Numbered from the stretch's first letter, positions 49,901-57,931 are shown. The stretch is 64,000 bases of DNA from Clostridia bacterium (GCA_017453365.1 JAFTKH010000017.1:515-64514), one strand, 5' to 3'. The notes: a model not told the origin generated them from the sequence alone. Numbers and translations are program-made.

Positions 49901-50858
49901 CCCAAGAGGGGCCGGAGGAGGTGGGAGCGTTTATAAACATCTGTTCGGTCTGTGCACCGTTAGCAAAAATCGCGTCAATGTTCGGGGTCGATGTCTGCGC
50001 TACGCCCTCGCTGTCGCGCCATCTAAACGTACCTGCGCCGTCGACGCCTATTACTACTACGTAGTTATACATACCGAACGAGGAGCTCTCGGCAGAGAGG
50101 GTCGCGGTTACAGTCGTATTCTCGTCTGTTACAGTGTACTCATACGTGTTACCAACCGCTACAGTCTGACCGTTCGCGTTCGACCAGATTACGTAGGGGA
50201 GCTCTTCGGTAGGAGTTGCGGTAAGGATTACCTTAGTACCGACCTCATAGAGTCCCGAGTTCATTCCGTCGGGAAGCTCGCCTCCCACAACGGTGACCTG
50301 TCTGTAGGTATCGGTCGCAAGCGACTCGGTGTTCTCACCGAAGTACTGCTGCGCTGCTGCGCCGTAGGCGAGCATCTCAAGAAGGACGTTCTTCAGCTCA
50401 TCGGTAGCGCTGCTTTCCTTCGTTATTCCGAGCATATTATAGGCATACTGAAGGATGCTGTACTTGAACGGCTCGCTGTACGTGCCGTCGTAGTAAGCCT
50501 TTACGTACACGTTTTTCGTCATTTCAGCTGCCGCAAGGCCGTCAAATCTGAACGTTGCTTCCTGCGTTTCTGTGTTTTGCTCACTCGACTTAATTGAGTA
50601 ATGCTCGTTACCCTTCACACAGTCGTCAACGTGTATTCCGTCGCCGACCCAAATAAGGAGCTCAATATCTTCGGGTGCGGATATATTCTCATATCCAACC
50701 AAGAAGAGCATATTTACCGAGTCCTCAAGCGAAAGGGCACCGTGCTTTACCTCAAGGGCAGGCTCACTCTCGCTCGCGGAGACACCTATTACAACTGCCG
50801 TCGCGGAGAAAATGAGCGTAAGCACGAGTAGTAGAGTTAGTGCTAATCTCTTTTTCAT
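46974..50858 (-). CDS. Secreted multidomain protein: uncharacterised N-terminal module, alkaline-phosphatase-superfamily domain, three LamG domains
   Basis: Signal peptide MKKRLALTLLL...VSA; IGVDGAG, PTSSGPSW, DAAGH, TADHGG; three FxxxFW..P/WTH+.+/DELM+F repeats. Confidence 0.85.
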   Translation of the reverse strand: MKKRLALTLLLVLTLIFSATAVVIGVSASESEPALEVKHGALSLEDSVNMLFLVGYENISAPEDIELLIWVGDGIHVDDCVKGNEHYSIKSSEQNTETQEATFRFDGLAAAEMTKNVYVKAYYDGTYSEPFKYSILQYAYNMLGITKESSATDELKNVLLEMLAYGAAAQQYFGENTESLATDTYRQVTVVGGELPDGMNSGLYEVGTKVILTATPTEELPYVIWSNANGQTVAVGNTYEYTVTDENTTVTATLSAESSSFGMYNYVVVIGVDGAGTFRWRDSEGVAQTSTPNIDAIFANGAQTEQMFINAPTSSGPSWASHLHGVLPEHHGIYENEAVEADGASYTNSKYPSFLKLVKEAYPDERVGALYSWCGINGCVEDGVGIDEICTNNNDTDLMNYITGTYLKDSAPKALFVHLHAPDAAGHGYGYSADVEQYATAIADSDADIGEIYAAYEALGILDETLFIVTADHGGTGTTHGGQSDAEQYVLFAVAGKTVKNGGTIDGVDNRDTAAIALYALGIAAPETYTGCIPENLFDGVSAEERPVYHDPDNPRDVVPTDTPALGSGSYVTDYVDKELINYLPLDGTATDTQGATVTEGGIVNYIDGYFGSAASLDRGYLTLDGFAPGTDSFTVTFWMKTPAHHGSSVILSNGQWGTTGHGFNFVAERLTGPIQYYTYFNIGNGEAGCRIKTDLDPAEVVKGWTHVTLVVDRANNELRMCYDFGEFTTVEIASDRGSTDMSVVDLTTVYEYLVIGQDAGYDAEKAGLTVDEFMVWNGAFTNKDLNALVEYYNKTPIVDEGAISVFDNDTQPEVYLDFNGDLHQEGSQPSGITATGTSTYGSGYDGTESGSIYFSGTNYATLEDVKLGTGSFSFSFWLNPTDLTNGNTSSDRWIFALLSTSVGDGREDAGLNVLLNNERDYLAITMGSDDVTDGAQYQYSLPADTYENRWTHITISVNKDGDSDTLEVYYDFVKVSDINGNTTNVITCYGGAAFPQDADMDAMPFTVGQYASPLTKTPKVYMDDLMIFNRAVTEADVAKLKDYYINPVSDYLGEDKAPELYLGFDGNLNTEGTLNTTVTETGTTTYGSGYNGVAGTSAYYSGSNYQTVEDLKLENGDFTVSFWINPTNLTMGGASRYKLPIVSTAAGLSRENLGMNILLDLEYNNLAVTIGDGTAGMQAICTLSGNIAVNEWTHVAVSMDRTNSKLVVYFNFVEVYSTDITYYNSSTKIPADLSADAQPFTIGEYGTADTNHAPLMYLDELMVFRSALTADDVVNLESYFSQINPHPATVAAE

Positions 50859-50891
50859 TTCTTTTTTCCTTTCATATTGTATTTAATTAAG

Positions 50892-51056
50892 TTAATCCCA
50901 TGGAAGATCCCAAGACCCGCCGCCTGTCTCGGGGACGTCAACTCCGGAACCGTCTCCGTCGGGGGTTTCCCCGGCTCCCGAGGTCGTTATCACGTCGCAC
51001 GGAAGGAGAGGCAAGAAAACCGAGCTTGGCTTTTCGTAGATTTTTTTACTTCGCAT
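50892..51056 (-). CDS. 54-aa peptide MRSKKIYEKPSSVFLPLLPCDVITTSGAGETPDGDGSGVDVPETGGGSWDLPWD (not in the ORF track)
   Basis: Translated by hand; AAAGGAG RBS 5 nt before ATG; YxxP...DVITTSG shared with the neighbouring peptide. Confidence 0.8.
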   Translation of the reverse strand: MRSKKIYEKPSSVFLPLLPCDVITTSGAGETPDGDGSGVDVPETGGGSWDLPWD

Positions 51057-51168
51057 TTTTTCTCCTTTCTTTGGATTTATATTTTAATTTCTGCCATTAA
51101 TTACATCTAAAGCACGGGGATTGTTTATATCGTCGCTTTTCACCCCGCTAAAGCGGGAGAGTTTCTAC

Positions 51169-51259
51169 AATCCTTCACCGCTTCGCGGAGCGTCTCGCTG
51201 CGACTCGGTCACGCTCACGCCGTTTCGCTAGCGCTTCACTACCTTTACACAAGGGAGCC
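51169..51259. repeat. REP/MITE-like palindromic element between the two peptide genes
   Basis: aatccttcaccgcttcgcggagc...cctttacacaagggagcc with several short hairpins. Confidence 0.45.
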
Positions 51260-51263
51260 ATAT

Positions 51264-51377
51264 TTACCAGTCGAAGGCGTCGACGAGCGGCATATCTCCG
51301 CCCGAGGTTGTAATTACATCCTTATCATCTGTGTAGGTAAGGATTATTTCGGGAGATTCATAGTTTTTTTTCATCAT
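51264..51377 (-). CDS. 37-aa peptide MMKKNYESPEIILTYTDDKDVITTSGGDMPLVDAFDW (not in the ORF track)
   Basis: Translated by hand; AAAAGGAG RBS (second ATG at 51374 is better spaced); about 25 nt downstream of the large gene; YxxP...DVITTSG motif. Confidence 0.8.
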   Translation of the reverse strand: MMKKNYESPEIILTYTDDKDVITTSGGDMPLVDAFDW

Positions 51378-51402
51378 TTTCTCCTTTTATCGGGGCCGGG
51401 AA

Positions 51403-54400
51403 TTAAACATCCCACGGCAGATCCCATTTTCCGTCACTGCCGCTATCGGGCGTAGGCTCCTCCACGTCGGGATTATCGGTGCCGTCATCGGGCTGCTCGA
51501 TATCGGGGTAGCTCACCGAGTAGTCATACGCGTAGGCGCAGTAGGTATAGAGCGCATCAAGCAGAGGACGGCAGGTCGAGGTGTCCTCCGCTACGTATGA
51601 GGAGAGTGTGAAGACGGCTGTTTCAACCGTATCACTACCCTCACTCTGTGCGGAAACCGTAACCTCCTTATTGAAGAGATCCTTCGCCTTTATATATCCT
51701 ATCGCTATGATAGTCTCGCCCTCTTTACCCTCTACGAGGCCGCCCGTTACGTTATAGGTTATTCCCTCTACCGTTACACGTCCCGTATATCCTTCCGCTA
51801 TATGTAACAGTATCTTTACGTCAGAGGATATCGAGAGGTTAACGGCTCTTACAGCAGAGGTGAGGTTATCTATCGAGCCAGACGCCGCCCTTGTCACCAC
51901 ACCATCGGTGGAAAAGTCTGTCAGCTCTGTAGGAGCGGTGGCGTTTGCATAGGAGTACGCTTCCTTCACGTAGGCTATTGCCGCCTTACCGAGGAGCTTC
52001 GACTCGTCGGAATACTCACTCGCCATAAGCTTCTCTACGTACGCGAGAACAGAGTAATCAAGAGTAAGTGTTTGAGTGATGCCGTCCGAGAGGACTGTTA
52101 CCTCGAAGGTTACGGCATCCGCCGCCTTATGTGCCGGGAACTCGACTGTGTATTTATCCTTCCCCTCCCATTCGACGGGCGAGAGCTCGATGCCGTCTGC
52201 GGTTATACCGAGGATTACGCTTCTGTCAGCGAAGAAATTAAGATTGAAATTCGCGGAAAGCGTGAGATTTACCTGAAGGGCGCTTCCGACGGACAATTTT
52301 TTAACGTAGCAGTAATATACAACCCCATCATACATTCCGTCAATATTAAGCGTGCCGCCCTCGTACATAGCATAGTTCGTAAGGTCGGTTATAGGTGTAT
52401 CTCCCGAGTACCAAGTGACGTTCGCCGAGTGGTACTGTGCCGCGGTCGCGCCGTGCTCAACAACGTTATACACACCGGACGTGAAGCGCGTATCGACGTC
52501 GATATTGATATATCTCACGTAGGTCGAGGCAGGGGCTGCGCCCGAATCGATAACCTCTATAAGAGAGTCGAAGTTATCGAGGACGGAGCCGCCCGTGACG
52601 GTTACGGAGTAATTGGTATCGGCTACGTTATTATAAATTTGAGCAATGAGGATGCTCTTAAGAGCTGTGCCGTCGAGGATAAGCTTCTTTTCCTCACTTC
52701 CCGAAGCGGCTAAGAAGCCGTCCTGTGCGGATATGTAACCGCTGTTCTTACTCATTACGGTACAGTTAGTCAGGGATACCGTCCTAGCACTTCCGTTATT
52801 GAAGAGGTGCTTATTCACCGTTATATCAATGTTTTCAAAATAGACGTTGCTACCCGGGCGAGCCAAAATCGCCGAATAGGTGTTATCCGTCATAACGAGC
52901 GTTCCCCTGCCCGAAGAGCTTATGAAGCGAACATCACGCTCGGGAAGCCAAGAGGCTCCGAGGTTACCCGCGTAGGTGCTGTTATCACCCTTTCCTATAG
53001 TTATCTGACCGCCTACGGTCGTTGCGGTATAGCCGTTAAGGTCGAAGGTAACGTCGTAGTCGTAGAAGGTATTAAGCGTTCCTACGGTAATATCCGAATA
53101 GAGCTTTACTGTCGAGCCGTTCTCGGTGACGAGGACGTAGTCACTGCCCGAGTTGCCCTCGAGATAAGGGGTCTCCCAAGCGGTAAGTATTACGCTCTCG
53201 CCGCCTGCTCTCCACTCTATTATCCTATAGGAAGAAATATCGCCGATAAGAGAATAAGAATCTACGCCTTCCTTCTTATAGTAAAAGTCGGTGTATTTAA
53301 CAGATGCATCTGCCGAAACCACAGCGATATTGCAGCTGCTATCCTCGCCATTTGCATTTATAGCAGTGCCTGTGGACGTTGCCGAATCTGCATTTAGAAC
53401 GTAGGTGAAATCGGGAATCGCACCCTCGGTGAAGGTCACACCCTCCTCGAAGAAGAGCTCAACCGGCACGCTATCTGCCAGGGTATTCGAACGGGCGAGG
53501 TAGTAGTTACCGTTTCCGCTGACGGTACAATCCTTATCAAAATACACGGTACCGCCGTCACCGTCACCTCTTACCCAGAAGAGGGGTGCTGTACGGTTGT
53601 CGGCAACGGTAATATCGGTGCCTATAAATTCGAGTCTGCCCGCGGGAGATTTAACCCAGCATGCGGCGGCAGAGTTAAGCGTTATCTTACAGTCGGTGTA
53701 GCTGATAAGCGCTGCGCCGCCGTCGTAGATCATCTGGTACCAGCCGCTCGCGGTTACGTTGATTGCTACACTGTCGAAGATAAGCTCGGTATCGGGGCGA
53801 GGAGATATCTGACCGCCCGTTATGTTGAAATATCCGTTTTTGACGGTAAGGGAGGCTTCGGGATACGAAGCGGACACGCCGCCTATCGATAACCCTGACG
53901 CAGAATTAATGACGTGCTGATTAAGGTTGATAACCAGCTTCTGCGTATTACCTACTATTACCTCCGTCGCAATATTAAGGTCTGACCACAGGTGCACGTA
54001 GCCGGGAATGACACCCTCGGTGTAATAAGTCGTGCCGTCGCCCGCGGTCGCGATAATCGCGGTATCGAGGTCGGTCGAGGTCGAGAAATAGATGGGGTTC
54101 TCCCCTGCCATAAAGTCCGCTTCGCTCATCCACACGCCGTAGGTTATTCCGTCGTAGGCGGAGTCGTCGGGAGACCAGACTATGCTCTCCATACGCATTA
54201 TTGTCGAGAGGCCGTCCTCGCCGAGCTTAAGTCCCCATTCGCCGTCAGCGATATAGGTACCGGCCTGCACCTTTCCGGCGAATTCACTCCCAGAGAACAG
54301 GTCACTCGCTGCGGTGGTTACCGTATTATCGTAAATGCAGGTGCCCGAGAGAGTCATAATAGTATCAGCGGTCGGAAGAGTGTAGCTTATCCCGTCGTCC

Positions 54401-56667
54401 TCGGGGACTATGACCGCAACCTCGAGGGGGCCGCCCTCGGTATTCGCATACGCGGTTACCGTCGAGACCCCAATAGCGGTTTCGCTAGTTATGTCTGCAC
54501 CTGTTTTATTGTAATAGGTATAGGTGTATGGCATATTGTAGTCGGGCTTCGCCGCCTCGGAAATTCTGCATCCGAGCTCGAAATAAAGCCCCTGCGTCTT
54601 ATAGAAGCCGCGATAGGTATTGTTTACAGCCGCGCCGTCGGTCAGGGAGACCCAATTATTGCTCGCTCTGTCAACCGACGAATCTCTATCGAAGAGTATC
54701 TTCACATTAGTATATCCGTAATAGCTGGTTGAGATATTAAACAGAGGTTTACCGGGAATACCCTCACAGACGAGGTCGGAGTTCTTGAATATAAGATAGC
54801 TCTGATAGGGGGACGCTATGTTATGGCCTATAGCGAAGCTTGCATCTCCCTTAATCTTAACTATACTGTCCTTAAACATAAGGAGCTCACAGCCGTTATC
54901 CTGGATGACATTCGAGGTCCAGCTGCACGTGTAGTCCCTCGCGTCGTATATGACGTTCTCAAAGATAACGGTTGTATCCTGACGTAAATATACGGGGTCT
55001 GCCGTATGGTAAACCGTTCCGTTCTTTACGGTAAAGTACGCCTTCGCATGCGCACCGGAGCTTGAAATGTTCCATGAACTTGAGCAGCTCCAGGTGTAAC
55101 CCGCGAGGTTAACAGTAAGTCTTTTATCACCTACGTCAACGCGCCCTGCCGTGCTGTTGCTCACATCCGAATAGAAATGAACGTATCCGACCGTAGCCGC
55201 GCCCGAGCCTATATTGCTCGCATCTGTGTATGCGGCGTAGTGCTCGGTGCCCTCTGCCGCCGCGTCAGCTGTATACCATGCTATGGGCTCTGCACCTGCG
55301 AGGAATGCGTCCTCGTCGGTCCAGGTTGCAAAGGTTACGTTATAGCCTGTATCGCCTGCGAGGTCTGCCGCGGTTTTCGCGTTCGGTGCAGACGTCGTCT
55401 GGTCGTACGAGCCGGGGATGAAATCGGGTCTTTCCGCGTCGGTGGTAACATCTGTTATTTCTATCTCACCGCTATTAGGTACAACGTCGATATACGCGTA
55501 GCTCACAGACCCGTCGTTTACACACTTCGCGGTCTTGGTTTCACCGTTTAAGGTATAGCTTACGCGCACCCAATCTGCGGGAAGCTCAAGCTTTACTGTG
55601 AGGGGATAATCGAAGACGTCGGCAGGAAGAGAAAGTCCGTCCGAGGTCTCGGACGCCATTTCTACGGAAACGTAATATTTGCCGCCAAGAGAATAGGCAC
55701 TGACGGTGGAGTTCTGGCGCTCGCGGACATATTTTGTCGCGGTGGAGAAATTAGCTACCCAGAGGTTACCTGAATTTTGGTATTTCTGCATAGCGGAGAA
55801 AATATATCTCGCCTGCGTTTCGTTCATATCGGTTGTATTTATCTCCTCGCCATCCTTCGTTACACCGTGGCATACGGAGATGAACCAACCGTTGTTATTT
55901 ATACACTGCTCCAGATATTTAACGATGTTTTCGGGGCTACCGCTCTCTGCGTAAACATCTGAAAAAGGCTGCATTCTCGTCATATATGGCTCAAACCATC
56001 CGCCGTAACCGACACCGGAGTCAGGCGAGAGCGACTGCATCTTCCCCGAATAAGCCGAGTTCGTAGTGACGGAGGCATCTCCGCCCGAGGTAGCATAGAA
56101 ATAGTCGTTAACTATTTCGTGCTGTGTACCGCCGTAGTTCGAATACGGAACAGCATAGGTCAAGCAATCGTATTCCGGAAACCACTGCTCCAGATATAGC
56201 TTCGAGTCACCTATTTCTGAATGTCTTTCCTCATCGGTCGAAAGCTCGGTATGGATATTCTTATGCCACATCGAATGGCTCTGAGGCTCGAGGTAGCCTT
56301 CTGCAAAGACTGCTCTCCATTCATCAATACTCTTTCTGCTCGTGCCGACAAGACTGTTATCTACGTCTATGTACGTCAACATAATCGAGGCTTCGAGTCC
56401 GTACTCTGCCAGAAGCTGATTCAGAAACAGAGCCGTATCGTATATACCGTCATCGAAGGTCATGGTAGCTATTGCATCAGCACCGCCCTTCGCAAGTGTA
56501 AGTTCTGCATTAGCGTCGATTTTTACCGTATCAGCACTTTCACTGTCCGCCGAAAGCGGAAAGCTGAACGATGGCAAAAGCATTGTTAAAAGCATAATCA
56601 GTGAAAACCCTCCCAAAAAAATCCTACGCATGACAGACGACTTTTTGGAAAGCTTAAATTCTCTCAT
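51403..56667 (-). CDS. Very large secreted protein: CE4/NodB polysaccharide deacetylase, three beta-helix-like repeats, two C-terminal unknown modules, acidic tail ending WDLPWDV
   Basis: AGGAGG RBS before ATG 56667; signal peptide ending PLSA; TFDDG, QSHSMWH; repeats GYVH(F/L)(Y/W)SD...L.+NL. Confidence 0.8.
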   Translation of the reverse strand: MREFKLSKKSSVMRRIFLGGFSLIMLLTMLLPSFSFPLSADSESADTVKIDANAELTLAKGGADAIATMTFDDGIYDTALFLNQLLAEYGLEASIMLTYIDVDNSLVGTSRKSIDEWRAVFAEGYLEPQSHSMWHKNIHTELSTDEERHSEIGDSKLYLEQWFPEYDCLTYAVPYSNYGGTQHEIVNDYFYATSGGDASVTTNSAYSGKMQSLSPDSGVGYGGWFEPYMTRMQPFSDVYAESGSPENIVKYLEQCINNNGWFISVCHGVTKDGEEINTTDMNETQARYIFSAMQKYQNSGNLWVANFSTATKYVRERQNSTVSAYSLGGKYYVSVEMASETSDGLSLPADVFDYPLTVKLELPADWVRVSYTLNGETKTAKCVNDGSVSYAYIDVVPNSGEIEITDVTTDAERPDFIPGSYDQTTSAPNAKTAADLAGDTGYNVTFATWTDEDAFLAGAEPIAWYTADAAAEGTEHYAAYTDASNIGSGAATVGYVHFYSDVSNSTAGRVDVGDKRLTVNLAGYTWSCSSSWNISSSGAHAKAYFTVKNGTVYHTADPVYLRQDTTVIFENVIYDARDYTCSWTSNVIQDNGCELLMFKDSIVKIKGDASFAIGHNIASPYQSYLIFKNSDLVCEGIPGKPLFNISTSYYGYTNVKILFDRDSSVDRASNNWVSLTDGAAVNNTYRGFYKTQGLYFELGCRISEAAKPDYNMPYTYTYYNKTGADITSETAIGVSTVTAYANTEGGPLEVAVIVPEDDGISYTLPTADTIMTLSGTCIYDNTVTTAASDLFSGSEFAGKVQAGTYIADGEWGLKLGEDGLSTIMRMESIVWSPDDSAYDGITYGVWMSEADFMAGENPIYFSTSTDLDTAIIATAGDGTTYYTEGVIPGYVHLWSDLNIATEVIVGNTQKLVINLNQHVINSASGLSIGGVSASYPEASLTVKNGYFNITGGQISPRPDTELIFDSVAINVTASGWYQMIYDGGAALISYTDCKITLNSAAACWVKSPAGRLEFIGTDITVADNRTAPLFWVRGDGDGGTVYFDKDCTVSGNGNYYLARSNTLADSVPVELFFEEGVTFTEGAIPDFTYVLNADSATSTGTAINANGEDSSCNIAVVSADASVKYTDFYYKKEGVDSYSLIGDISSYRIIEWRAGGESVILTAWETPYLEGNSGSDYVLVTENGSTVKLYSDITVGTLNTFYDYDVTFDLNGYTATTVGGQITIGKGDNSTYAGNLGASWLPERDVRFISSSGRGTLVMTDNTYSAILARPGSNVYFENIDITVNKHLFNNGSARTVSLTNCTVMSKNSGYISAQDGFLAASGSEEKKLILDGTALKSILIAQIYNNVADTNYSVTVTGGSVLDNFDSLIEVIDSGAAPASTYVRYINIDVDTRFTSGVYNVVEHGATAAQYHSANVTWYSGDTPITDLTNYAMYEGGTLNIDGMYDGVVYYCYVKKLSVGSALQVNLTLSANFNLNFFADRSVILGITADGIELSPVEWEGKDKYTVEFPAHKAADAVTFEVTVLSDGITQTLTLDYSVLAYVEKLMASEYSDESKLLGKAAIAYVKEAYSYANATAPTELTDFSTDGVVTRAASGSIDNLTSAVRAVNLSISSDVKILLHIAEGYTGRVTVEGITYNVTGGLVEGKEGETIIAIGYIKAKDLFNKEVTVSAQSEGSDTVETAVFTLSSYVAEDTSTCRPLLDALYTYCAYAYDYSVSYPDIEQPDDGTDNPDVEEPTPDSGSDGKWDLPWDV

Positions 56668-56965
56668 TGCATTCTTCCTCCTTGACAAAATCTTTGCAAC
56701 TTAAAGATATCATAAAATTTTTACACAATCAATGGCTATTTGTGGTTCATTTGGCATTTTGTTGGTTTTTTAATCAAAAAAACAACAAAAGGTAATATTT
56801 TCTCTCTTTTCAACAAAACTTTTTTCAAATTTGTGTTTTTTAATAGAAAAAACAAGTCAATTCGGTGTCATTTCTGTGTTTTTCCCTGTTTTTTGTGTTT
56901 TTTTGTATTGACTTTTTGTATAAAATGTGTTTAAATATTGATAGACCGCAAAGGAGAAAAGGTGT

Positions 56966-57775
56966 ATGAGCGCTAAAAAGCAGCAAAGACAAAATTACAT
57001 TATGCAGGTTGCCAACGAGCTTGGCTACGTTTCGAAGGAAAAAGTAGCGGAAGAATTAGAAACCTCCGTGGAAACAATAAGGAGAGATATAAACGAGCTT
57101 TGCGAGAAAAAGCTTCTTCAAAGAGCGCTTGGCGGTGCACAGCCGTACAAGACCACGGTAAGGCACGACGCCCTTTACATTAACCGTGTCCACCAAAACA
57201 AAAACGAGCGTTTATCGATTGGAGAGGCAGCCTCCGGTCTTATACGTGACGGAATGATAATTGCTTTTGACAGCGGAACGTCAATTCAGTCCTTAGCATC
57301 GTCAGTAGCTAACGTTCACAACGTAACTCTGGTCACGGATTCTCTGCCGACGGCAATTATTCTTTATAACAAAATCGAAACAGGTCAGATAAGCGGACGT
57401 GTCATAGTTATCGGCGGTGAAATGAACCATGACAGATGTACGGCAGGAGCTATGGCTGACGACGAGATTGACAGATACCATTTCGACCTTGCTTTTATAT
57501 CCTGCACCTCCCTTTCATTACAGTGCGTTTCATCCTTCAACCTCGACCTTTGCCATTTTTCGCGGCACATTATGAAAAATTCTATTGAAAACGTTCTTAT
57601 CGCAGAAAGTGAAAAGGTAGACACAAACTCGCTTTACGGCTTTGCAAATCTTTCGGATTTCAGGCGAATTATTGTTGATGACCGACACCCCATTCCCCGC
57701 CCTATCTTGGATTATTTAGCAAAATGCGGCACAGAGCTCACTGTAGCAAAGCTCGGTAAGTACGAGAAAACCTAA
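56966..57775 (+). CDS. DeoR/GlpR-family transcriptional regulator
   Basis: SVETIRRDI HTH, R..GGA, DSGTS, DLAFIS. Confidence 0.9.
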   Translation: MSAKKQQRQNYIMQVANELGYVSKEKVAEELETSVETIRRDINELCEKKLLQRALGGAQPYKTTVRHDALYINRVHQNKNERLSIGEAASGLIRDGMIIAFDSGTSIQSLASSVANVHNVTLVTDSLPTAIILYNKIETGQISGRVIVIGGEMNHDRCTAGAMADDEIDRYHFDLAFISCTSLSLQCVSSFNLDLCHFSRHIMKNSIENVLIAESEKVDTNSLYGFANLSDFRRIIVDDRHPIPRPILDYLAKCGTELTVAKLGKYEKT

Positions 57776-57835
57776 TGTGCCAATCGGTATCTCAACAAAA
57801 AAATCGTTTTTCAAAAAGAAAATTCGAAAAACATC

Positions 57836-57864
57836 TTGAAATCCTGCGAAAAGTATGATATACT
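57836..57864 (+). promoter_or_regulatory. Sigma-A promoter of the tRNA
   Basis: TTGAAA-17bp-TATACT with extended -10 TG. Confidence 0.7.
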
Positions 57865-57931
57865 AGACCTCGGTCGTTCAAGGACGAGGTTTAGAGCGAA
57901 AATACGTAACAGTATTGCGTAAACTCAATAT

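Noticed and set aside
50892-51056. GC-rich stretch first suspected to be a riboswitch for the 1294-aa gene
   Set aside because: No riboswitch consensus; fully explained as a peptide CDS.
50877-51110. Plus-strand ORFs of 77 aa and 66 aa in the track
   Set aside because: No convincing RBS or motif; they overlap the minus-strand 54-aa peptide, which has an RBS and a paralogue.
44189-56667. Complete lasso peptide biosynthetic cluster
   Set aside because: No asparagine-synthetase-like cyclase, RRE/PqqD protein or exporter in the window; only the precursor-like features are supported.
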